DNA of 63,006 bases, filler included, from Octopus bimaculoides (GCF_001194135.2; 4 parts of 4 records of this genome joined end to end with filler, not necessarily neighbours in it); one strand, 5' to 3'. Numbered from the whole stretch's first letter, positions 26,266-38,177 are shown. Program-made: numbers and translations. The notes: generated by a model not told the origin, from the sequence alone.

Positions 26266-26476
26266 CGAGGGTTGCTGAAAAGTTCCTGAAGAAAATACAA
26301 AAGAAAGTACAGCAAAATCAGTTAATTATGATTTTATCCAACATATTCCCCTCTCAAATTCACATACGAACCGCAACGGTCATTCAGTTTTTCTAAGTCC
26401 TGTAAAAGAACTCAGAAGCCTCCAACTAAGCCTTTCGCAATACCCGTAAAGCCAGGAGCTGTTCAGCACCCTCACG
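26266..26476. mobile_element. TcMar-type MITE, second copy
   Basis: TA-CGAGGGTTGCTGAAAAGTTCCTG...CCAGGAGCTGTTCAGCACCCTC; internal sequence aligns to 13412-13619. Confidence 0.82.
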
Positions 26477-26799
26477 TGGGTCGTTATATGTTAAGTGTTT
26501 ATGGCCATAGACACAAAGCAGTGAAGTGCTAGTGACAGTATACGAAGAATTGTCTCAGTAGCTCGTAATCTGGTACTCTGTCTATTCGCTGTTGTGACCA
26601 TCAGTCCATGGATCAGAATTCAGCAATTTAATATAATATACATGTTAGCCGCCATTGTCAGTTGTACTAGAAACGTTAAAATTAAAAAGAAGTTTTTAAC
26701 CATCCAGCATTTAGAGAAAAATTAACTGGATAGATATGTGTATATGTGTGTATACATATACATTCATACACACACGTACGCACACACATACACATATCT

Positions 26800-27200
26800 G
26801 ACTTTAAGCTGCATCCAGTAGTGGGTCTCTAGTGCGGAAGTTCCGCTTCTTAGCCACTATTGTTCCCAAGTATACACTGAGCCGAAGCAGTAGTACTTGT
26901 TAGGGTCCCAGCTATGGGTTAACTTGCATGTGAACCACTGGGGTTGAAGGATCCGTAGTTATTGTAAGAACTTGCAGGAGAAGGTAACTCGTATAAAAAA
27001 AAACCTGAAGTTCGGTTGATTTCCATTCGTCTCAACCTCTGTTGTGCCACTTGTTTTATAGTTAATTGCACTGAAATATGGGTGGAGTATTGTGCAAAGC
27101 GTTATCCAGTCAAAACAAATTTGTGCACAGGAATTTCCTGGTCTCTCAGAATGTTTAGACGGTTTTACTAAGTGTGGGAAGTAGTCTCACTCGGTCACGA
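26800..27200. repeat. About 400-bp interspersed repeat, copy 2
   Basis: Shared blocks such as CCACTATT.TTCCCA, GTAGTA..(C)TGTTA.GGTCCCA and GTAGTCT.ACTCGGTCA. Confidence 0.75.
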
Positions 27201-27479
27201 ACATACACACATACGCACACTCACATACATATATAAGAGCGTCGGATAGATTGCAGTAACCTTTTCAGCTCTTTGTGCTCTAAGTTCAAATTCTACCGCG
27301 GTCAACTTTGCCTTTCACTTTTCGGAGTCGATAAATAAAATACCAGATTTATTGAATTGACTGTAGGCGTGTTTATGCTCCATCGTTATTTCAGATCCTC
27401 AATGTGGATTTAGATATAATAGAGGGACCGCAGATATGATTTTTAGTATAAGACAATGGCTGGAAAAGTATACCAGCAC

Positions 27480-28150
27480 CAGTGGCGGCTCGTAAATAAA
27501 ATTAGTCGGGGTGCTGCTTCAGAAAATTTTTAGACGTTGTTTTAATATTGTGTAAAAGGAAACAAACATGTAAAAAGAAAATTTATACATAAACTTGATT
27601 GGTTCGCGTTTTATCCACTACCGGATTGTGTGATTAATTTGTTCACTGAACACCGCCACGAATTTCCCCTTGTTTTTCAAAAATCCCCCCTAAATCACAT
27701 AATAAGCGGATGGAGGGATGTGCCTTATTTTTCAAATCCTGGCAGCAACACTGAAGCTGGAAGCAGAATAATAACCTAATTCTACACTTTATCACATTCA
27801 AGAATATAAATACGTTTTAAGCACAACACACGCAGAGTCAAAAGGAAACACTACCTTTCACCCGGCACTGTCGTTCACGCAGTGCTCTCTCTCCTTAGTG
27901 TGAAGCTTTCTATGTGAGCATGCGCACAACAGCCAAACACCGCGTCGCGGGAACTGTGAAGCGCACAGTTCTCTACAAGGAGTTTTGTATTTTTCTCATA
28001 AACTGACATTAAGCTTAAGGATTATATAATGTACAAGTATAAAGAAAGAATTAAAGAGAAAAGGATTCATTATATTGAATGTTATGGATGATATCGAGTG
28101 GAAATAGCGGGTGCTACAGTTCCGCAGTTCCTATACACGAGCCGCCACTG
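27480..28150. mobile_element. Non-autonomous hAT (Tip100-like) MITE
   Basis: Perfect 14-bp TIR CAGTGGCGGCTCGT / ACGAGCCGCCACTG; 8-bp TSD ACCAGCAC / ACCAACAC. Confidence 0.9.
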
Positions 28151-28829
28151 ACCAACACTGTTCATTCGGAACATCTTGCACTGAATGAAAAGAATCAAAC
28201 AGCAGCTCATTAACAGAAAGTAAAGCCTCCAGTTTGAGAAAAATTGGAATTGTTCATCAAAGAGTGAAACATAATTCTCTAAACTTGTTGGCTGGTGAAA
28301 TACTGCATGGTTGAGGCTCCAGAGATTTTCTCGCCTGTGTAATCTGTGATTGCATCACACTTTCAAAAGCTGAACTTATTCATCCATGAAAGGTCATATA
28401 TCAGATGAAGACGAGATGTGTATATGCACACAGCTCTAGCATCCCCAATGGAGTATTGCTATTCTTTACGTCCAATCAATTCATCAAATTCTGAACTGAA
28501 AATCTATTTTTGACGAATGTAAAAGGAAGGGTAGAGAAGCTATTGGTGCAGTTTTTCACAAAATTATATGCTGCATTTCTCACTAATAAGTAAATAAATA
28601 AATAAATGAATAAACTCCAATTTAAACAAAATCAACGTTAGATAGTCATCTTAGGGCTTACTGAAGAAATGCTATCAAACGTGTTACAATGAGAAAGTGG
28701 CCATGCTCTAAATCCAGTTGACGACCGACCACCATGATGTGTGTGCATCCACATGTGTATGCTTTGTATACGTGAGAGCATGTATCTCGCCTCTCTTTGG
28801 CTACTTAAAAAGGGAATACTTAAAACGAG

Positions 28830-28982
28830 TTTGCGAAAATCGGTCAAAAGTTTTTGCGAAAATCGGTCAAAAGTCCTTTGCGAAAATCGGTCAAAAGTCC
28901 TTTGCAAAAATTGCATTTGCGAAAATCGGTCAAAAGTCCTTTGCGAAAATTGCATTTGCGAAAATCGGTCAAAAGTCCTTTG
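28830..28982. repeat. Two-unit minisatellite (24-bp A and 15-bp B units, order AAABABA)
   Basis: A = TTTGCGAAAATCGGTCAAAAGTCC, B = TTTGC(G/A)AAAATTGCA; first A is 23 bp. Confidence 0.95.
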
Positions 28983-29966
28983 GACATCACGTTGTTTTGG
29001 TGTAATGTGATTCGTGTTGAATGTTTGCTTTCGATAATTTTGTGGTTTGGAGTGCGCAGCTGCTGAGTTCAACAAAATCGTGAAGAAAAAACCCACTTTA
29101 AATATTTCACTTTCGGTGAAGGCTTGACATGTCACCGGCTCATTCAGAGTGATGACAGTGTTAGTAGTAGTTATTAGTTTTGATGAAGGGGATGTTGGCG
29201 GTGTTGTTCATGACATTGATGATGATAACAATTATAATTATCTTGATGAGAGTGGTGACGATATGATCATAATTTTTAAGAAGATGATGATGATGAGGAG
29301 GAGGAGGAGGGGAGAAAGAGGAAGATAGTGATGATGATGAGGTGGAGGAGGAAGATGGTGATGATATGATGATGATGATGATGAGGCGGAGGAGGNNNNN
29401 NNNNNAGGAGGAGGAGGAGGGGAGAAAGAGGAAGATAGTGATGATGATGAGGTGGAGGAGGAAGATGGTGATGATATGATGATGATGATGATGAGGCGGA
29501 GGAGGAAGATGCTGATGATGATGATGTAGATGATGATGATGATATTGTAAGGAAGGGGTGGGGGGAATATAAGCGAATTGTATAATATCTCAACACGCGC
29601 GCACACATACACACACTCACATATAAGATATACATCTGTATGTAGACACACTTGCATACACGTATGCGCATGTTTGTTTATAATTTGTATATTTAGATAT
29701 GCGTGTATGCACGCTTGAGCCTTCGTGAGTCGGTGTGTATGTGTAGCTTTGTGTGGGAACGCATGTGCGTGTGTGTGTTTGTATGACTCTGTGTCTTGTG
29801 TGTATGCTTGTGACGGTGCGCAATGTGTATATATGCATTTATGTGTGTAATGAAGTTCTAACGCAAGTAAGTACCAGCAATGGCGGGCGGGGTAAATATA
29901 TTGGCGCCACATGAATCACAAAAAGACTCAGTTAACTGCACTCACCTTTCACATTCATAACATCCA

Positions 29967-30059
<93 letters not shown>

Positions 30060-30666
30060 TATTTGTGTGTGTGTACTTGTGCGTGCGTGTGTGTGTGTGT
30101 TTCCTTCCCCCTGCACTAAGTGTTATTTACAAAAATACGCGTCTCTTAATACTGAATCACTCGCAATTTCTTGCTGTTTCGGAATTCTTTTTCGTCATAT
30201 TTGTTCACAAGTACAATATAAACCGTTCCTTTCTCTCCAGTAGTGTTGGTTTCCTGGAATTCTTCTCTGCATTTTTCGACTTACAATGTTCAAGAACACT
30301 AAACTCGTTCATCTCATCCTGTCTCAAAATTCTTCCGAAGGCCAAGAGCACAGCTTCCTTCTTCCACATCAAATCAATAAAAATAAAGACTTTATTGACC
30401 TTTCCCGCCCTTTACTATGTAGCCACTCGGCTTGCTAGAAATAACAACCAAATCTCCCTCAAATAATATAGATAATGTAGTCCTAGATGTTCACGACTGG
30501 TCACGACTAGAATGATCGATTGGAGTAAATCTGGAGTTAACACAACAACGACTACAATAATCCAACTTCTGCTCGCTTCGAAGCAATATAAGACAATATT
30601 TTCTCTTTGTTTGCCTGTTGTTTTGTTTGTTTGTTCCCTTCTTTCTTTCTTCCTTTCTTTTTTTCT

Positions 30667-31365
30667 GGATCATTTCTGTTTGATTGCCGCTTTTCAACTT
30701 CTTCAATTTTGTTCCAATTGATTTCAAATTTGGTGTATTGATGTGGTTTGTATGTTAATTGTTGACATGAAATTCATTTTCGCCATAAATCAATAAATAA
30801 ACAGTCAACAGCTTTTAAAATTTGCAAATTTGGGGTAATTTTCGCCAATCAAAAGCCACAGACATATAGGTGCCTGTTTCCATAGTAACAAACCAAGCGT
30901 TGGTACTCTTGTTTACGAAAAACCACGTGTGTTTACAAACTGATATTTTACGCTGTGTTTTCCTGCTTGAATCCATCTCTTGCTGTTTTTTTTTTTATAT
31001 ATTTTACGTTGCATTTTCGATACCCACCTCTTGAATGCTTAAAATTACAAATTATGGGTTGTTTACACGTTTTTTTTGTCGTTTTCGCTTGTTAAATGCT
31101 TAAAACACGTGCTATGGTCGCAAAGCTGACATTATTGTTTTCTCGTCTTACCATTGCAGTCACACAAAATTACAGCTTCCAAATCCTGTTTTCTAACTGG
31201 GTAAAAATGATCAAACTTTAAACCTCCGTGATTTTTTAAAAAAATTTCTGGGATAAGTGAATTAGCCCCTGAGATTCAGCGTGAAAAATTACCTCAACAC
31301 ACCAAATTTGAAAATTTTCATTTAATTTGAAAATTTCAAAAAGTGCAGCCAAACAGAAAGGATCC
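30667..31365. mobile_element. About 700-bp non-autonomous DNA element with long imperfect TIRs
   Basis: GGATCATTTCTGTTTG...TTTCAAATTTGGTGTATTGA mirrored by TCAACACACCAAATTTGAAA...CAAACAGAAAGGATCC. No TSD resolvable in the CT-rich flanks. Confidence 0.65.
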
Positions 31366-31767
31366 TTCCTTCCTTCCTTCCTTTTCTTTTCTTTCTTTCT
31401 TTCTTTTTTTTTTTTTTTGGCAAGACATTTCACTACTGTTTTAGACAGTAGACACCGATGGTTACCTAGCCAGGTTCTAAAGTTAATGGGACATAACAAA
31501 AGGTGCTGTGATATATACCAAACAATTTTTAACTCATTTCTCTTATATTACACGAAATATTTCATTAATTATAGTACACATAATTGTATTCTGTATTCAT
31601 TAATTCCATGTTTCAATAACAATGTCATTACGTATAATACTGACGACTTGTGATATAGGTGTGACGTGAAGAAGATGAAATTCCTTGGAATCGTCCAATA
31701 TCAAGGGGTTATGACGTTAGGGTTTGTTTTGGTTCTTCAGATGTCAATCACAGGAGATTGAGCAGAC

Positions 31768-32008
31768 CAGTAGTTCTCAACCAGGGTCCATATGGCCCTT
31801 TGGAAGTCCATATAAGATTTCTTTGTTAAAAACTGTGCAATAAATTGGTTATACTTCTACAATATACAAAATATTTTAGCAATTTTATCATACAATTCCT
31901 AATCATATTTAATTATAAAACTATAACAGAATTTTGTCATCATCAAATAGCTAGACAGGTCCATCCAAATAAAATAGAAATCAAAAGGGTCCATTTTGAT
32001 AAACACTG
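31768..32008. mobile_element. Shorter deletion derivative of the same hAT MITE family
   Basis: Shares both ends with 16407-16851 (CAGTAGTTCTCAACC...GGTCCATATGG; AATCAAAAGGGTCCAT); TSD GAGCAGAC / GAGTAGAC. Confidence 0.8.
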
Positions 32009-33055
32009 GAGTAGACGGATAAAAACACGGAGGCTGGTCAGATAAAGTAATGACTCCATAAAATAATGGAAGACCATGCTATTAGCAGAAAAGAAAACAA
32101 AAAAATTCGACTTTATCGCACGAGTGAACTAACGAGTTAAAAAAATTGTTGAAAATGTGGCCGGGGTGTGTGAGCCTCGCTCCCCTTGCTCCCCTATTAG
32201 CTACGCTTCTGCTTATAATCCGCACTAATTTACAAGCAGAAACTTCAAATTACCGCGGCTGCCAGACTACCAGATTAGTTAACTGAGGGGCCCTGTTTTA
32301 CAGTACTTTGCATAATATAGTACTAATAAACTTTTATCATTTATACTAATGTACAGGTACCTGTATTTCATTTACTCCTTTTTTAAGGTAAATTTAATAT
32401 TTGATTGGGGGGTTCTTCACTTCTGATTCGGAAAAAATCTGTTATACGGAATGGCTTCGGAATCAGAGGTTCCGCAAAAATATATGTCCTACCGGTAAAT
32501 AATGTGATGTTCCTGGGGATCTGATGCATTGTAAGAGATCTCTCGATATGCTAGATATGGCAACAAAATCCCTCTCAAATTACTGCCTACTATCTGAAAG
32601 GCCGCACAGGAAAATGACGTCCGAAGACACATTACGTCTACGAAAGAAAAAAAAAATGAATACAGGGTGATTATGACTAGATTGTTTTTGAATATAGTTC
32701 TGCCCGTTGAAAGTTGACCTAGGGTTGAACAATGACGACAACGTAATAGTGAAGAATGGGCGTGCTTCGAGAAAGAATTTAGTGATTCATCAAAGATATC
32801 GCGGAGGTGGAGCTGGAGCTGGTGGGAGAGGTGGTGGTGGTAGTGGTAGTGATGGTGGTTGGTGACTACGAAGTAACGCAGAGGCGGCTGGGTATAATTA
32901 TATACGCATATGTGTTTATATTTCTATACATGTGTTTATGTATACGCGTGTGGGTTTACGTTTGTATGTGTGTTTATATATCTGTGTGTTTAGGTGTGTG
33001 TGTGTGTGTGTGTATATAATATATATGCCTGTATGTGCGTGTGTGTGTGTATGTA

Positions 33056-33115
<60 letters not shown>

Positions 33116-34362
33116 TACATACACACACACACACGCACATACAGGCATATATATTATATATACACACACACACACACACCTAAACACACAGATATATAAA
33201 CACACATATATATATATATATANNNNNNNNNNNNNNNNNNNNNNNNNNNNNNNNNNNNNNNNNNNNNNNNNNNNNNNNNNNNNNNNNNNNNNNNNNNNNN
33301 NNNNNNNNNNNNNNNNNNNNNNNNNNNNNNNNNNNNNNNNNNNNNNNNNNNNNNNNNNNNNNNNNNNNNNNNNNNNNNNNNNNNNNNNNNNNNNNNNNNN
33401 NNNNNNNNNNNNNNNNNNNNNNNNNNNNNNNNNNNNNNNNNNNNNNNNNNNNNNNNNNNNNNNNNNNNNNNNNNNNNNNNNNNNNNNNNNNNNNNNNNNN
33501 NNNNNNNNNNNNNNNNNNNNNNNNNNNNNNNNNNNNNNNNNNNNNNNNNNNNNNNNNNNNNNNNNNNNNNNNNNNNNNNNNNNNNNNNNNNNNNNNNNNN
33601 NNNNNNNNNNNNNNNNNNNNNNNNNNNNNNNNNNNNNNNNNNNNNNNNNNNNNNNNNNNNNNNNNNNNNNNNNNNNNNNNNNNNNNNNNNNNNNNNNNNN
33701 NNNNNNNNNNNNNNNNNNNNNNNNNNNNNNNNNNNNNNNNNNNNNNNNNNNNNNNNNNNNNNNNNNNNNNNNNNNNNNNNNNNNNNNNNNNNNNNNNNNN
33801 NNNNNNNNNNNNNNNNNNNNNNNNNNNNNNNNNNNNNNNNNNNNNNNNNNNNNNNNNNNNNNNNNNNNNNNNNNNNNNNNNNNNNNNNNNNNNNNNNNNN
33901 NNNNNNNNNNNNNNNNNNNNNNNNNNNNNNNNNNNNNNNNNNNNNNNNNNNNNNNNNNNNNNNNNNNNNNNNNNNNNNNNNNNNNNNNNNNNNNNNNNNN
34001 NNNNNNNNNNNNNNNNNNNNNNNNNNNNNNNNNNNNNNNNNNNNNNNNNNNNNNNNNNNNNNNNNNNNNNNNNNNNNNNNNNNNNNNNNNNNNNNNNNNN
34101 NNNNNNNNNNNNNNNNNNNNNNNNAAATGCATAGTATTTTTAATGGTGCTAGAAGAGAAAGTAGGAAGAAGGCGACAAGGTGGCGAATGAGAGTGTGGAG
34201 GGAAAGTGAGGACAAGTGCGTGTGTGCACGCGCGTGTGTGTGGTTTTGATATCGGGTTTTCAACATTCTTGATATGAACTTGTGTGTTGAAATGCATTTT
34301 ATTGTATCTCGGGAGGGACATTGTACCAATAATAAACACAAGCACTGGTCCTGTTTTATTTC

Positions 34363-34423
<61 letters not shown>

Positions 34424-34424
34424 G

Positions 34425-35560
34425 CTGAATTTAGTGTTGAATACGTTCTTGCAAAGTAGGTTTTTTGTGGGAATGCTGTCGTTTTCTAATCTTTTCACCA
34501 CATAGAATCGTTGAGATCTTCGCGGATGCATAGTACAGGTAGTTGATGTTAGTAATATCAACATCATTAGCAGAAATTATATCCTTAAGTGCAAGGCAGA
34601 TTTTACCAATTACTTTCAAGTTTTGGTTAGAGTTGCGAATTTTGGGGTGAGTGTCACGTTCATTCATACTGGTTTCTTTAATTTTCAGCCATTCAATCAT
34701 GATTTGATCTTTTAGATCATCTAGTTCAGTTGGGTCAATTTCTGTGTGACTTTCTTCATCTATTTGATTTTCCTCTGCCTTAGTGTTTATGGTTTGTTCA
34801 GAGAATATTTCACTTTGCTTATCAGTTACATTGACTCTTTCTATCGTTACTCATTTTCATCAGACCTTGGTTGGTCTATAATTATTTCCTCTGTTGTATC
34901 TTCTTTAGCAGCAACTTCGTTCCCTTGATCCTTTACTAATTGTAATTATTCTTTACTAATTAGTAATTTCTTCTTCATAATGTTTCTTCTGACGTTGACA
35001 AGTTTGTTACTGTCTATGTAGGATCTTACTTCAAGATACTTCTGTCTCCAGTTAAGTAGGTTTGTTCAGTATTAGATTTATTTATGGGGAAATACATAGC
35101 ATGATAGAAGGCCTTAAAAACTTCTTTATTTCTCCCCTAGACCATTTTTTATTCTTTTTCTTTTGGTTATTTGATGACGAGAGTAGAAAGCCATCTGTTG
35201 GAATATTCCGGTTGTGGAGTACTTCCAGATCCTGTGTTTCGGGAATATTTGAACCAGTAGCTGATTTTTCGTACTCACTCTGGTTCCTCACTGGGGTGCG
35301 CAGTCCTTGTTGACCCGGGTGATGACAGATTCGGTTTGTATTTTGCTTTCAGGCATGACGAGCTTGGACATTGACATTAGGGGATGGATCTGTCTGTTTA
35401 GGGTTAATCTTTTGAGACAGCACCGCCTCCTAGTTCTCTGAGTGATAACATTGCTCGTAACGTAGCTTCTTAAGGCTAACAGATCTGTATTCGTCTGTAT
35501 TTTTTGGTTGATATATTTATCTCTGGGCATAGTTTTTTGTGGTGTTTTTAAACTTATGAA
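34425..35560 (-). mobile_element. 5' about 1.1 kb of a Dong/R4-like non-LTR retrotransposon, degenerate and 3'-truncated
   Basis: Frameshifted translation KKWSRGE..KEVFKAFYHAMYFP...TYL.WRQKY..VRSYIDSNKLVNVRRNIMKKK and later DITNINYLYYASAKI...KPTLQERI. Resembles the N-terminal region of R4/Dong ORFs. Confidence 0.7.
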
Positions 35561-36028
35561 TTGTTCACTCTGTCTATGTTAGTTGGAAAACAGATTTTTT
35601 TTTCTGCTTTTGCTTCGTTTGTGACACGTGCATTTATATGCGTGTATGTGTCCTGTAAATTTCACGTAGTTGTGTAAACACTGGGATGTATGTGTAGTCC
35701 TATGGGTATTAAAATGTATATATGATTGTGTAGACATTTGAGGTAAGCGTAATTAATCAACTTACATACTGTTTTGTTCCACTTATATTTTATAATTTGT
35801 AAACTTTCCGATGTTGATTTTGCATGTCTTTTGCACATGTTTCACTGAGACATCGTGCATGGGAGAAACTGTACTTTGTATGGCAGTAAAATTTCGTTTT
35901 TGTGATTATTTTCGTTAAAATATCGCTTCCATCAAGTCTTCTTTATCCAATTCCACCGATGTTATTAGATTAGATTTGTTTTGTATGGAGAGCTCGGTGT
36001 AGCAAATCAAAGTTGTTANNNNNNNNNN

Positions 36029-36080
<52 letters not shown>

Positions 36081-36088
36081 TATTATTA

Positions 36089-36147
<59 letters not shown>

Positions 36148-36148
36148 T

Positions 36149-37075
36149 AAGGCAGCGAACTGGTAGTATCATTAGCACGCTGGACGGAATGCTTAGCAGT
36201 ATTTCGCCCGTCGGTACGTTCTGAGTTCAAATTCCGCCGAGGTCGACTTTGCCTTTCATTCTTTCGGTGTCGAGAAATTAAGTACCAGTGAAACACTGGA
36301 GTCGATATAATCGACTTAATCCCTTCCCCAAGCTGTCCTTGTGGAAAAATTATTATTATTATTAGTAGTAGTAGTAGTAGTAGTAGTAGTTGTAGTAGTA
36401 GTAGTAGTAGTAGTAGCAGCAGTAGTAGTAAGACGGTGAGCGAGCAGAATCATTAGCACGCCGGGCACAGTATTTCGTCTGTCTTTACTTTATGAGTTCA
36501 AATTTTGCCGAGGTTGAATTTGCCTTTCAACTTTTCGGGATCGATAAAATGAGTACCAGTTGAACACTGGGGTCAATGTTATTGACTTGACCCCTCCCTC
36601 GAAATTACTGGCCTTGTGCCAAAATTTGCGACCAGTGTTAGTAAGGTCGAAAGTGGTGAGCTAGCAGAACCGTCTTTACGTTCTGAGTTCAAATTCCGTC
36701 GTGGTCGACCTTTGCTTTCATCCTTTGTTGGTCGATAAAATAAGTGCCAATGAAGTAGTGGTTTCGATGTAATCGACTTCTACCCCCACCCTTCAAAAAC
36801 TGCTAGCCCTGTGCCAAAATTTGAAATCATTATTAGTCAAGCGTAGGCGGCGAGCTGACAGAATCAGTAGCGCGTTCGCGCATCAGACAAAATGCTTTGC
36901 AGCGTTTCTTCTACGTGTTTACGTTCTGGGTTCAAATACTATCGAGGTTAGCTTTGCCTTTCATCCTTTTGGGGGATCAATAAAGCAAGTATCAGTTCAG
37001 CACTGGGGTCGATACAATCGACTAAATCCTCCTCTATAATTGCTGGCTTTGTACCAGAGTTTGAAATTATTATTA
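36149..37075 (+). mobile_element. Four head-to-tail SINE family A copies
   Basis: Copies start near 36149, 36430, 36650 and 36845, all in the same orientation, separated by (TTA)n/(TAG)n or short linkers. Confidence 0.88.
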
Positions 37076-37164
37076 ATACTATTAATCAATTGGTTGATCA
37101 TTTAACCAATTAACTAATCGATTGTTGGATTAATCGTTCGGTCAATCAATCAGTCAATCGGAGT

Positions 37165-37370
37165 CCTATCGTCACCAGAGAGATTCTGAGTGACACAGAA
37201 TGTGATAAGATTGACTCATTGAATTACAGGCACTACTCTCTTTGCTAGCTGATGGGCTGGAGCAACGTGAAATAAAGTGTCATGCTCAAGAACACAACGC
37301 GTCGCCGGGAATTGAACTCACGTCTTTATGATCGTGAACCGAATACCCTAACGACTAACCCACGCGCCTT
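37165..37370 (-). mobile_element. tRNA-derived SINE family D
   Basis: Minus strand AAGGCGCGTGGGTTAGTCGTTAGGG...GTGAGTTCAATTCCCGG (A/B boxes) then TTGCTCCAGCCCATCAGCT core. Related decayed copies near 44990-45230, 45370-45560 and 59790-59960. Confidence 0.75.
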
Positions 37371-37871
37371 AACACTTTTGTGTGTGTATGTATTTATATA
37401 TACATATAGGGTGAGAGAGATGTATATGTATATATATGTGTGTGTGTGTTTACACATATATTCTTCGATACAAGCAGACAGTGTGTTAAGGACGTCCAAA
37501 ACGCTTTTGATCATAGGTCTGCTATGACAGAGCTGATCCGACTCTAAATAACAACAACAGCAAAATAAAGAGTATAACCTCTTACTTGCAATATTTTGTT
37601 TGTATAAGGCGGCGAGACGGCAGAATCTGCGGTGGAGTAGATAATCTAGAGGAGCTATGATGAGTTGGAATTTTTATAGAAAAGAGGAATTTATTTTTTT
37701 AACTGTAGGCAAAAGACAGTGATTTGATGAATGTCATAGAGGAATAAGTGGAGGCTAGAAGAACTAAGAGAAACTTGTGAATATTTAATGACCCCTCTTT
37801 TCAAAACAGAAAAAAAATTCAGTTCTATATTTAAGAGATGAGGAATTATTTACATTATTTACATTATTTAC

Positions 37872-38130
37872 GGGCATATGGCGTAGTGGTTAAGAGCGCG
37901 GGCTACTAACCCCAAGATTCCGAGTTCGATTCACGGCAGCGACCTGATTAATAATAGTAATAATAATGATAATATAATAATAGTAACATCGTTAGGAATG
38001 AGGACCCAGGTTCAAAATTTCCCCAAGATACCTGACGAAGGCTGGAGGGTATATCAGCCGAAACGTTGTGTTAACAACAAACAAGATGAGGACAAATGTC
38101 CGTCAAATGTAAATAATGTAAATAATGTAA
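37872..38130 (+). mobile_element. Composite short retroelement: tRNA-derived head, (AAT)n, hammerhead-bearing PLE-like tail
   Basis: A box TGGCGTAGTGG and B box GAGTTCGATTC at 37879-37932, (AAT)n, hammerhead core at 38032-38063, and (GTAAATAAT)n end. Confidence 0.72.
38027..38072 (+). ncRNA. Minimal type I hammerhead ribozyme motif (PLE-type, probably dimer-dependent)
   Basis: GATAC-CTGACGA-A-GGCTG-GAGGGTATAT-CAGCC-GAAA-C-G-TT-GTGTT: conserved core, perfect 5-bp stem II, 5-bp stem I (2 G-U), helix III reduced to the palindrome AACGTT. Confidence 0.7.
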
Positions 38131-38177
38131 AAAAAAATTGTAGCCTCTGAATTTCGAGAAATTCCATCACTTTTCCA

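Noticed and set aside
28830-28982. CRISPR-like repeat array
   Set aside because: No unique spacers, eukaryotic context, no cas genes.
28638-29135. 165-aa minus-strand ORF as a gene
   Set aside because: Its length is explained by the frame-preserving minisatellite; no independent coding evidence.
29238-29912. 224-aa His/Ser/Pro-rich ORF
   Set aside because: Built from GAT/GAG trinucleotide repeats duplicated across a 10-N gap.
32990-34567. Longest ORFs in the track (525, 398 and 395 aa) and similar X-rich ORFs
   Set aside because: Open only because they cross N gaps.
37872-37945. Apparent tRNA gene (anticodon ACT)
   Set aside because: Acceptor stem does not pair, anticodon and T stems have mismatches, and there is no Ser-type variable arm; treated as a SINE head.
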